Origin: Eubacteriales bacterium
GTDB lineage: Bacteria; Bacillota; Clostridia; Oscillospirales; CAG-272
Length of the DNA stretch: 64,000 nt
Direction: 5' to 3'
Assembly: GCA_045128515.1 (NCBI GenBank)
Contig: JBGVRO010000052.1
Location: forward strand, 8,493 to 72,492
The notes under the pieces were generated by a model. The model worked only from the letters and a program-made list of their open reading frames with translations, had not been told where the DNA came from and made no database searches. How positions within the stretch are numbered: position 1 is the stretch's first letter; each line of letters begins with the position of its first letter. Position numbers and translations under genes: made by a program. This document shows positions 53,974 through 62,235 of this stretch, piece by piece.

Positions 53974-55197
53974 TTAATTATCTATTTTGATTTCAGCACC
54001 GACGGCTGATAATTTATTTTCCAAATCCTCATATCCCCGAAGTATGGTTTCAGCCGAGTATATCTCACTCTGCCCCCTCACCGAAAGAGCGCACATAAGA
54101 CACGCCATTCCACCGCGAAGGTCGGGACAAACAGCCGAAGCAGTATGTAAATCCGATTTATATATTGTTGCACGGTTTCCACGTACCGATGATCTGACAC
54201 CAAAGGATGAAAGCACGTTTAGATAGCCAAAGCGGCTCTCCCAAACGGTATCACATATATCACCGCCCATATTAGCTGCCATAAGTGGGGCAAATATCGG
54301 CTGAAGATCGGTAGGAAACCCCGGGTAAGGAGTGGCGGTAAGACGAAGATGATTGCCACTGTTAAGACATGCGCTGATACTGTCATTTTCACACACAACG
54401 TCAGCGCCAAGCTCTCTTAACGCATCAATTACAGAGGTCATATCAGATATGGGGCTGTTATGAGTCCTTATTTTGCCACCGGTCATAATTCCAAGCGCAA
54501 GATAACTGCCTGCCTCTATCATATCACCGATAACCTTTATTTTACCGCCATGAAGCTCTCTGCCAAAGATCTCTATTTCTCTACCATTTCGCAATATGCA
54601 TGCACCGGCAGAATTAAGAAAATCAATGAGAGCATCAATATGAGGCTCGATAGCACAACCGCGTATAACAGTTCGTCCTGTAGCCGTGGCGGAAAGAAGT
54701 ATAGCATTGACGGTTGCGCCAACGCTGGGTTTATCAAAATTGATCTCTGCACCACGGAGGCTATGACAAAGGATAGTGTTATCGTTAACGATTGCTCCAA
54801 GCGATCTGCAGGCACTAAGGTGCATATCTATCGGTCTTAAGGAAAAATTACATCCACCGAATGGCATTAGATGACAAGCACCAAATCGGGATAAGCACGA
54901 TCCTATAAGATAGGTCGATGCACGTATTTTTTCTACCAGATTTTCATCCGGCTTGACATAAGAAAGTCGACGAGTGTCAATAAGTGTAATACTGCCACGT
55001 CTTTCGATCACAGCGCCAAATGACCGCAGCAAATCAAGTGCCACCCGAGTGTCGCCTATATCAGGCAGATTGTCTATCTCTGATATGCCATTTATCAAAA
55101 TACAAGAGAAAATTATAGGCAGAGCTGCGTTTTTTGACCCGCTGACGGCTATATCGCCATTTAGCGGAGCTCCGCCGCTTACAACAATTCGCTTCAT
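53974..55197 (-). CDS. murA: UDP-N-acetylglucosamine 1-carboxyvinyltransferase (MurA family)
   Basis: 407 aa. LNGDIAVSGSKNAALPIIFSCIL, catalytic-loop Cys in PFGGCNFSLRPIDMH, and GFPTDLQPIFAPLM. Confidence 0.88.
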   Translation of the reverse strand: MKRIVVSGGAPLNGDIAVSGSKNAALPIIFSCILINGISEIDNLPDIGDTRVALDLLRSFGAVIERRGSITLIDTRRLSYVKPDENLVEKIRASTYLIGSCLSRFGACHLMPFGGCNFSLRPIDMHLSACRSLGAIVNDNTILCHSLRGAEINFDKPSVGATVNAILLSATATGRTVIRGCAIEPHIDALIDFLNSAGACILRNGREIEIFGRELHGGKIKVIGDMIEAGSYLALGIMTGGKIRTHNSPISDMTSVIDALRELGADVVCENDSISACLNSGNHLRLTATPYPGFPTDLQPIFAPLMAANMGGDICDTVWESRFGYLNVLSSFGVRSSVRGNRATIYKSDLHTASAVCPDLRGGMACLMCALSVRGQSEIYSAETILRGYEDLENKLSAVGAEIKIDN

Positions 55198-55249
55198 ATA
55201 TCGCTCCCGAATACTGTATGTTACATAATATTCGGGAATAGAAAATAAG

Positions 55250-56347
55250 TTACCTTTCGGTATATCTGTATGCTACAACAAGCTCTACAACTCGGCTGTA
55301 GCTGACTATTCCGCCGCTTCCGCTGGACTCAAGATAAAGGTCGTTTATCCATTCGGAAATATCCTCAAAAATAGTATCGGAGTATTTCTCTGTTACCGCG
55401 TTTGAGGCTTTGATATCGGTCTTTGCCATTGGAGAAAGATTTTTGGCTATTTCATAATAAGCATCGCTGTTCGTCCTATACAAAGCAGAGGCAAAATAGC
55501 TGTACATATTAAGTGCCGCACTGTAACGGAAGCCCTCATCATCAGAGTTTGCGAGGAGAATATATGCAACAAAATTCGCCTCATTCTCACGAAGTATTCC
55601 TCGCTGATGGGACATCTCATGAGCCGCGGTAAAGAGTGTATCATAATCGGGATATGCGGTGTTAACGTTTGCCTCGCCTGTCACGTAGGTGTAAATACCA
55701 CCTATGCCAAGGTAACACATCGCCCAGCCTGATTTAACACCCTTGGCTGTACTGTCATAACCCTTCGGCAGGTCGTACTTAACGGCAAAATCTTTATATG
55801 ATTCAGAAATTTTCGCGCTGAATTCGGGATATGAATATCCACAGGTGAAAACACCCTGCTGATCTCTGTTAACCTTTGGAGCAAGGATATTGATTTCTTC
55901 GACCAACGACGTCAGTGTTTCTGTAAGATTTTCTTCGGTAACCTCTACGTCTGAAAGACCCATTTTCTCCGAAATAGGTGTGGTGTTATGAGCAATACCG
56001 AGGGCAAGCAGATGACCCGAATAAATAAGCAAAATTACTGCGGCAAAATTGATTATAAATCTTGCTCTTCTTTGCTTATCCGAAAATGCCTTCACTGCGC
56101 CGTAAACAACGGCAGCAATAATCAAAGGAAGGCAATACATAAGCACTTCAAACAGCGAGAACGGAAAGAGCTCGCCTATTGATGCCATAAGCCTGCGAAA
56201 GCCTTGGGACAGACTACCGTTAACCAGATCTGCAAATGAATATGACCGTTCTGTTATAAAATGGACAGTACCAATAACTAAGAAAAGACAAACCGAGATG
56301 ATGGCAAATGGAGAAACTATTTTCTTTTTCTTCTGCATATATGCCAC
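55250..56347 (-). CDS. DUF3810 domain-containing membrane protein (putative Zn-peptidase-like)
   Basis: 365 aa with N-terminal TM helices. TAAHEMSHQRGILRENEANFVAYIL is typical of DUF3810. Confidence 0.7.
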   Translation of the reverse strand: MAYMQKKKKIVSPFAIISVCLFLVIGTVHFITERSYSFADLVNGSLSQGFRRLMASIGELFPFSLFEVLMYCLPLIIAAVVYGAVKAFSDKQRRARFIINFAAVILLIYSGHLLALGIAHNTTPISEKMGLSDVEVTEENLTETLTSLVEEINILAPKVNRDQQGVFTCGYSYPEFSAKISESYKDFAVKYDLPKGYDSTAKGVKSGWAMCYLGIGGIYTYVTGEANVNTAYPDYDTLFTAAHEMSHQRGILRENEANFVAYILLANSDDEGFRYSAALNMYSYFASALYRTNSDAYYEIAKNLSPMAKTDIKASNAVTEKYSDTIFEDISEWINDLYLESSGSGGIVSYSRVVELVVAYRYTER

Positions 56348-56360
56348 CTTTCATTTTACC

Positions 56361-57182
56361 TTATTGATCCTTACCTGATAAAATCTCTATATTACGTTCA
56401 ACGGTCCTTCGCTTTCGCCAAGCAAAGGCGCGCTTATTAAATTCCTCGTCACTCATAGAATCAAGGATCTGTGCTGTGAGGCAAGGAATTCGGTTGCGAT
56501 AGAAGAATTCAAGCGGAGTGAATCTCGGATTTTTGTTATGAGGACAGGAGGTCTGACAGAGATCACAGCCCCAAAGAGTATTACACTTACGCATAAGCGC
56601 CTTTTCCTCATCTGTAAGCTCGCCCTTGCGCTGAGTGATGGCGGAGAGGCAATCACTTCCATCTCCTCGAAGAATACCCGTAGGACAGGCGCGCTTACAA
56701 GCGCCGCATCCCTCGCATCTCTTGATATCCATAGGCTTTATAGCACCGAGAAGCTGGGGCTCAATATCGGTTACAACGTCTCCGATAAATATATAACTGC
56801 CGTATTTTTCGTTAATGATAAGTCCGTTATCACCTGCTATACCAAGACCTGATATAAGTGCGGCATGACGCTCATCAATAGGACTATGATCACCGTAACC
56901 CTTAATGTTGGCATCGGGAAATTGCTGATAAAGAGCATTTTCAAGACCGCTGTTTATCTCGGAGATCGCAAGGTGATAATCATAGGATGAGGCATATCTC
57001 GAAAGATTATCCGTCTCCCCTGCATAATACGGAAGAAGATATACTATTACACTTTTCGCCTCAAATCCCTGTCTGTCGGCTATACGCTGGTTTATCTCAC
57101 GGCAATCTTTGTAAGAGAGGACTGCAAAATATTCAATTTGCTTTGATAAAAAGTAGCTTTTAAGCATTTTCACCATATCCAC
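56361..57182 (-). CDS. Epoxyqueuosine reductase QueG-like 4Fe-4S protein (short form)
   Basis: 273 aa. YASSYDYHLAI, GLGIAGDNGLIINEKYGSYIFIGDVVTD, CEGCGACKRACPTGIL and CLSAITQRKGELTDEE…WGCDLCQTSCPHN match QueG-family blocks. The HEAT-like C-terminus is missing. Confidence 0.7.
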   Translation of the reverse strand: MDMVKMLKSYFLSKQIEYFAVLSYKDCREINQRIADRQGFEAKSVIVYLLPYYAGETDNLSRYASSYDYHLAISEINSGLENALYQQFPDANIKGYGDHSPIDERHAALISGLGIAGDNGLIINEKYGSYIFIGDVVTDIEPQLLGAIKPMDIKRCEGCGACKRACPTGILRGDGSDCLSAITQRKGELTDEEKALMRKCNTLWGCDLCQTSCPHNKNPRFTPLEFFYRNRIPCLTAQILDSMSDEEFNKRAFAWRKRRTVERNIEILSGKDQ

Positions 57183-57238
57183 TCCCTTTTTTTACTTTCT
57201 AATTATACAACAGCATCGTTCAAATTGCAATATATTTC

Positions 57239-57267
57239 TTGACTTTATTTAAAACAAATGATATAAT
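57239..57267 (+). promoter_or_regulatory. Putative sigma-A promoter (TTGACT-17 nt-TATAAT, TGn-extended) for plsY
   Basis: TTGACT at 57239..57244, a 17-nt spacer ending TGA, TATAAT at 57262..57267. AGAGGAG SD before ATG 57298. Confidence 0.6.
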
Positions 57268-57297
57268 ATTTTAAGTAATTTACAGAGGAGTAACAAT

Positions 57298-58035
57298 ATG
57301 GCTATTTTTCGCGATGGACTGCTTAGATTTTTAGTTGACAAATATCAATTAACTGCAAGTAGCAACGAATTTTATTTATTGACTCTCGGATTTGCAATTC
57401 TGGCTATTGCCTTTTCATATATTCTCGGCAGCCTCAGCTCTGCTATCATAGTTTCCAAAACAATGTTCAAAGAAGACATCCGTAATCACGGAAGCGGAAA
57501 CGCGGGTCTTACCAATATTCTCCGTACCTACGGAAAGGGAGCGGCGGCATTGACTCTTATCGGCGATATGCTAAAAACCGCGATTGCCGTTGTATTCACT
57601 GCCTTACTCTTTGGTTTTTCCTATAGAAACGGAATCAGTATGAGCGGATTCTGCTATCTTTCGGGACTGTGTGCGGTGCTGGGTCACGTTTTCCCCGTAT
57701 TTTACGGATTTAAAGGCGGTAAGGGTGTGCTTGTAACAGCAACAATGGCTCTTATCCTCACCCCTGCAGTATTTGGAATTCTTATTATAGTATTCATTGC
57801 CATCGTGGCAATTTCCGGCTTTGTTTCGCTCGGTTCAATCACCGTTGCGGCGCTGTTCCCCATTGCAGTATGCCTTTATTCTTACTTGCTTTGCGGCAGT
57901 GTACCGATCCTTACCGTGATCTGCACTCTATTCCTCGGCGGATTTGTGATCTGGTGTCACAGAACCAATATTACAAGGCTTAAAAACGGCACCGAGAAGA
58001 AGATCTCTATCGGCAAAAAGGAAAAGAAGGGTTAA
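57298..58035 (+). CDS. plsY: Glycerol-3-phosphate acyltransferase PlsY
   Basis: HGSGNAGLTNILRTYG and GHVFPVFYGFKGGKGV motifs, multiple TM helices. About 30 extra N-terminal residues. Confidence 0.9.
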   Translation: MAIFRDGLLRFLVDKYQLTASSNEFYLLTLGFAILAIAFSYILGSLSSAIIVSKTMFKEDIRNHGSGNAGLTNILRTYGKGAAALTLIGDMLKTAIAVVFTALLFGFSYRNGISMSGFCYLSGLCAVLGHVFPVFYGFKGGKGVLVTATMALILTPAVFGILIIVFIAIVAISGFVSLGSITVAALFPIAVCLYSYLLCGSVPILTVICTLFLGGFVIWCHRTNITRLKNGTEKKISIGKKEKKG

Positions 58036-58037
58036 TT

Positions 58038-59225
58038 ATGACACTTACGGATTTTATGACTCTCATCGAGTCATCCTTCAAAACTGAAACATTAAAAAAG
58101 CTTGTCCTTTCAAGACCACGTCAGGGCGAGATAAACAAAATTTCATGCCGACTCGTAGCCCATAGAGGCAGACGACTTCTGGCAATGGAATTTTTCCTCC
58201 CCGGGAACACCGTTTCACACAAGAACGTGGGCGAAGAAGAGCTTAAGAATGAGCTTTCCCCTCTCATAGAAAATTACCAGCAGATCAACCTGATCACCAC
58301 TCTTGGTGATGCCGAGCTTAAGAGATCAAAATCGGGTAAGGAAACGGTTATCGGCGGTGAGAATTTACATCGCAAGCTTTCGGGTGATGCACCCGGGTTT
58401 GAGAAGGCTATTGAGGCGATGGACAAGAAGAAAAACTATATCCTTGACGGCACAGAGCTTTTCTTAAAGAAGCTTGGAATCAGCTCCTCCGACGGTCGTG
58501 TACACGACAAGAAGCAAGGAAAATTCAGACAGATCAACAGATTTTTAGAGCATATTGAAAACATATATCCAAGACTCCCTGCCGAGGGAGAGATAAAAAT
58601 ATACGATCTTTGCTGTGGCAAAAGCTATCTCAGCTTTGCGGTATATCACTATCTCACCGAGATCAAGGGACGCAGAGTCTACCTTTACGGCGCAGATCTT
58701 AAGCGCGATGTTATACTGTGGTGCGACGCCTTAGCAAAGGAGCTTGGCTACGTTGGAATGCGCTTCGAGGTTGGTGATATATCAAAGATCGTGCCTGATG
58801 AAAAGCCTGATATGGTTATCTCGCTCCATGCCTGCGATATTGCTACCGACATTGTGCTTGACACCGCAATAAGACTTGGCGCTGAAATCATACTTTCAAC
58901 CCCCTGCTGTCACAGATATCTGAACGGTAAGGTGGTAGCAAGCGAGCTTGATTTTATCACAAGATATCCTCACCTTTCGGGTAAGCTGTGCGAGGCAATA
59001 ACAGATGCTCTGCGCCTTGCAAGACTTCGCGCCAACGGATATAACGTTATGGCGCTTGAGCTTACAGACCCCGAGAACACACCGAAGAACACGCTTATCA
59101 AGGCTATAAAAAATGCAAAATTCACAGAAAAAGAAAGGCAGAGTGCCGAAAGCGAATACAAGGCGATGCTTTCCTTCCTTCTCGGAGATAATGCAGACAA
59201 ATATCTCTCGGAGATAAAAGACTGA
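58038..59225 (+). CDS. Class I SAM-dependent methyltransferase (Methyltransf_32-like)
   Basis: 395 aa. Motif I IYDLCCGKSYLSFAVY, the acidic loop YGADLK, and post-II ISLHACDIATD. Confidence 0.7.
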   Translation: MTLTDFMTLIESSFKTETLKKLVLSRPRQGEINKISCRLVAHRGRRLLAMEFFLPGNTVSHKNVGEEELKNELSPLIENYQQINLITTLGDAELKRSKSGKETVIGGENLHRKLSGDAPGFEKAIEAMDKKKNYILDGTELFLKKLGISSSDGRVHDKKQGKFRQINRFLEHIENIYPRLPAEGEIKIYDLCCGKSYLSFAVYHYLTEIKGRRVYLYGADLKRDVILWCDALAKELGYVGMRFEVGDISKIVPDEKPDMVISLHACDIATDIVLDTAIRLGAEIILSTPCCHRYLNGKVVASELDFITRYPHLSGKLCEAITDALRLARLRANGYNVMALELTDPENTPKNTLIKAIKNAKFTEKERQSAESEYKAMLSFLLGDNADKYLSEIKD

Positions 59226-59241
59226 ACACAAAAGGACAAAT

Positions 59242-59682
59242 ATGATGACAGAATATACAAGATCGGCAGAGGAAACCGAGATAGTCGGTAAAAGGCTTGC
59301 CGAAAGACTTGAAAACGCGGGAATAAAGCGCGCCTTCATTGCCATGCGCGGTGAGATGGGTGTTGGAAAGACCGCGTTTACACGAGGCTTTGCCTCACAT
59401 TTCGGTATCGCAGGTGTAAAGAGCCCTACGTACACCATAGTAAACGAGCACCGCGGACGTGTGAACATTTATCACTTTGATATGTACCGTATATCCGATG
59501 GCGATGATCTCTACTCTATCGGATATGACGATTACGTCGATGCTGACGGCTATTGTATTGCCGAGTGGTCGGAGAACATTGAAGGTGAAATCCCCGATGA
59601 TGCAATTTACGTTACGATTTCAAGAATTGCGGGAGCAGAGGGAGAAAGAAGGATAGATATAGATGAAAATTATAGCATTTGA
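59242..59682 (+). CDS. tsaE: tRNA t6A37 biosynthesis ATPase TsaE
   Basis: P-loop MRGEMGVGKTAFTRG, SPTYTIVNEH and YHFDMYRI. Confidence 0.9.
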   Translation: MMTEYTRSAEETEIVGKRLAERLENAGIKRAFIAMRGEMGVGKTAFTRGFASHFGIAGVKSPTYTIVNEHRGRVNIYHFDMYRISDGDDLYSIGYDDYVDADGYCIAEWSENIEGEIPDDAIYVTISRIAGAEGERRIDIDENYSI

Positions 59683-60382
59683 CGGCACGGCAAAGGCGGC
59701 GTCTGTTGCGATAGCCGACGGCGATAAGATCCTTGCATGCTCCACCGTTGACAATGGACTTACGCAAAGCGAGCTGCTTCTGCCCATGGCTGAGGATCTG
59801 TTAAAATCGCTTAAGCTTACTTTTAAAGATATAGACCTGTATGCAACTTCAGTAGGACCCGGCTCGTTCACAGGTGTACGTATCGGTGTTTCGCTTATCA
59901 AGGGACTTGCGTTCGGCAGAGATGTTCCCTGCCTTGGAGTATCCACTCTTGAAGCATTGGCAGAAAATTTACGTGGACTTCGCGGTATAATCCTCCCTTG
60001 TATGGACGCCCGTCGCGGTCAGGTTTATTCGGCAACATTTCGATATGACGGAGGGGAGCTTATTAGACTTACCGAGGACAGAGCTATTGCATTGACAGAT
60101 CTTGCCGAGGAGCTTCGTCGGTACGAGGGCGAATGCATTTATCTCTCGGGCGACGGATACAACGTTGCTAAAAACGCACTTACCAAGGCGGGTATTGTGG
60201 TCGAGGAAACTCCTGAGCTGCTTATACTTGAAAATGCGGCTTCGGTAGCGAAGGTTGCACTTAAAAAATATGAAAAGGGTGAGGTACTGAGTGATCAGGA
60301 GCTCTCACCTGTATATTTAAGAATGCCTCAGGCAGAGCGTGAAAGGCTCGAGCGAGAGGCGGCAAAAAAACAGGAGAAATAA
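59663..60382 (+). CDS. tsaB: tRNA t6A37 biosynthesis protein TsaB
   Basis: MKIIAFDGTAKAASVAI and VGPGSFTGVRIGVS. 20-nt overlap with tsaE. Confidence 0.9.
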   Translation: MKIIAFDGTAKAASVAIADGDKILACSTVDNGLTQSELLLPMAEDLLKSLKLTFKDIDLYATSVGPGSFTGVRIGVSLIKGLAFGRDVPCLGVSTLEALAENLRGLRGIILPCMDARRGQVYSATFRYDGGELIRLTEDRAIALTDLAEELRRYEGECIYLSGDGYNVAKNALTKAGIVVEETPELLILENAASVAKVALKKYEKGEVLSDQELSPVYLRMPQAERERLEREAAKKQEK

Positions 60383-60384
60383 GG

Positions 60385-60834
60385 ATGAAAAGAATAATTT
60401 ATATTGGCGCAGACAGCGCAGGCTATACTCTCAAAGAGGAGGTCAAGGCTCACCTTGACTCGCTTGGATACAAGGTTGAGGATATGGGCTGTCACTCCAC
60501 AGAATCATGTCACTACCCTGAATATGCTGTAAAGGTATGTAAGAACGTACAGGCAAATCTTGAAGGCTCATTTGGTATTCTTATCTGCGGAACGGGAATC
60601 GGTATGTCTATGTGTGCAAACAAACACCGTGGCATCAGAGCTGCAGTATGCGGTGACACCTATTCTGCTAAAATGACAAGATGTCACAATGATGCAAACC
60701 TGCTCTGCATTGGCGCGAGAGTTACAGGCTCCTGCCTTGCACTTGACATAGTAGACGCATTCCTCGGTGCAGAATACGAGGGTGGTCGCCACGCCATCAG
60801 AGTGAAAATGATGGAGGATATTGAGAACGGCTGA
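60385..60834 (+). CDS. rpiB: Ribose-5-phosphate isomerase B
   Basis: 149 aa. GADSAGYTLKEEV, ICGTGIGMSMCANKHRGIRAA, NDANLLCIGARV and GGRHAIRV. Confidence 0.92.
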   Translation: MKRIIYIGADSAGYTLKEEVKAHLDSLGYKVEDMGCHSTESCHYPEYAVKVCKNVQANLEGSFGILICGTGIGMSMCANKHRGIRAAVCGDTYSAKMTRCHNDANLLCIGARVTGSCLALDIVDAFLGAEYEGGRHAIRVKMMEDIENG

Positions 60835-60849
60835 TAATATTGCGGTCGT

Positions 60850-61437
60850 TCAAAGCGAAGAAAAGCGATCTATACCGTCACCGTCGGTCAGGCGGTCGGC
60901 ATGCTCGTAAATATATGAAGAAAGCTCGGCGGTGAGCCCCATACCAAATTCCAGAATACATGGAAATTCGATGGGCTCACCGCCCTTTCCATATTCCTCA
61001 ATAGAAAGGTAGTATTTATCTCTGTCCAGATAAACGTCACTTTTGGGCGAAAGCTCTCCGGTTATAGATTTTACCGCCCGAGATGCGGATATTATATCGC
61101 TCAAATCATCGAAGCGGTAAAGACTGCGACTTTTGGATAACATGGCAATTCTGTCGGATTTTGACACAAGACGGGCAGACGACTCGGAAAGTATCCCCAG
61201 CTTTGTTACAAAAAGCTCGCATCCACCGTTTGCCAAAGGATAAAGCTGTATTAAAACCTTATCCCCCTTTGGATCAAATCCCACCTCCGTCTTTGCCATA
61301 TCGAGTATGCGCCAGAGCACCCGTCTTGCTAAAGGTCCGCTGACGTCGGTAGATGAGGTGTCAAGTCCCTGCTTTTTCGCCTCGGCGCTACTCAAAACTA
61401 TCTTTATTTTCGATTCTCCAATAAGCAAAAATTCCAA
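60850..61437 (-). CDS. mecA: Adaptor protein MecA (ClpC adaptor family)
   Basis: 195 aa, alignable by eye to B. subtilis MecA blocks: MEF…IKIVLSSAEAKKQGL, LIQLYPLANGGCELFVTK, YRFDDLSDIISASR, KYYLSIE, ILEFG…SYIYEHADRL. Confidence 0.75.
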   Translation of the reverse strand: MEFLLIGESKIKIVLSSAEAKKQGLDTSSTDVSGPLARRVLWRILDMAKTEVGFDPKGDKVLIQLYPLANGGCELFVTKLGILSESSARLVSKSDRIAMLSKSRSLYRFDDLSDIISASRAVKSITGELSPKSDVYLDRDKYYLSIEEYGKGGEPIEFPCILEFGMGLTAELSSYIYEHADRLTDGDGIDRFSSL

Positions 61438-61570
61438 AATGCAAAAGCTCCCTTATCTTTTTATTTCATTATACAAAAAAGAAAGGCAACTTGCTACCGT
61501 GAATTATTGGTCGAGCTTCTACATTATGGAAAACGGTGAGAATAAAATTGTATCTTTTTTTCTGTTGCTA

Positions 61571-61599
61571 TTGTAATAAATATTTTTTTATGATATAAT
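61571..61599 (+). promoter_or_regulatory. Putative sigma-A promoter (TTGTAA-17 nt-TATAAT, TGn-extended) for the preQ1 riboswitch-queT unit
   Basis: TTGTAA at 61571..61576, a 17-nt spacer ending TGA, TATAAT at 61594..61599. The riboswitch stem starts about 8 nt downstream. Confidence 0.55.
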
Positions 61600-61606
61600 A
61601 GGATTT

Positions 61607-61655
61607 GGTGAGTTCGAAACCTTCCTCACCGATAAAAAAACAAAACTAAAGGACA
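61607..61655 (+). promoter_or_regulatory. preQ1-I riboswitch (translational, SD-sequestering type)
   Basis: GGUGAG-UUCGAAACCUUC-CUCACC hairpin followed by an A-rich tail GAUAAAAAAACAAAACUAAAGGA. This has the same organisation as the Bacillus queC and Thermoanaerobacter preQ1-I aptamers (P1 hairpin, loop starting UUC, AAAACUAA tail). Loop CCUU can pair with the AAGG of the SD 8 nt before queT ATG 61663. Confidence 0.7.
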
Positions 61656-61662
61656 GCAAAAA

Positions 61663-62169
61663 ATGAAAAACACAAAACAACTCACGCTCTACACCACAAG
61701 AGCCGCTGTGATTGCCGCACTGTACATCATACTGACAGAGCTTGCGACCCTCGTTGGACTGTCAAGCGGCGTTATCCAGTTCAGAATCTCCGAGGCACTT
61801 TGTATACTGCCGATCTTCCTCCCTGCCGCGGTACCCGGTCTGTTTGTTGGATGCATTATATCCAACCTGTTAGTACCCGGTGTTGTGATATGGGACATCA
61901 TATTCGGAAGCCTGGCTACACTTATCGGTGCTATTGGAGCAAGAATGCTGCGAGTATTGCCCGAAAAATACAAATGGGTAGCTACGTTGCCGACAATACT
62001 TGCAAACATGATCATTGTTCCCTTCGTACTTATTTTCGCGTACGGAGCGCCGGACTCCTATTTCTTCCTGATGCTGACTGTTGGCATCGGTGAGATCGTA
62101 TGCGCAGGCTGCGGTGGAAGCGCACTCTATTACATACTTAGAAAACATACAAAGACCTGGCTGAAATAA
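61663..62169 (+). CDS. queT: Queuosine-precursor transporter QueT (ECF S-component-like)
   Basis: 168 aa, 5 TM helices. TTRAAVIAALYIILTELATLVGLSSGVIQFRISEALCILPIF is typical of QueT. Preceded by a preQ1 riboswitch. Confidence 0.85.
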   Translation: MKNTKQLTLYTTRAAVIAALYIILTELATLVGLSSGVIQFRISEALCILPIFLPAAVPGLFVGCIISNLLVPGVVIWDIIFGSLATLIGAIGARMLRVLPEKYKWVATLPTILANMIIVPFVLIFAYGAPDSYFFLMLTVGIGEIVCAGCGGSALYYILRKHTKTWLK

Positions 62170-62180
62170 GCCTCAACAAT

Positions 62181-62215
62181 GAAGGATGCTCAGTCAGACT
62201 GACATCCTTTTTTAT
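62181..62215 (+). terminator. Rho-independent terminator after queT
   Basis: Stem AAGGATG / CATCCTT with a 14-nt loop that has internal pairing (CAGTC…GACTG), followed by TTTTTATATTTT. Confidence 0.7.
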
Positions 62216-62235
62216 ATTTTCACTGGAGGATTAAT

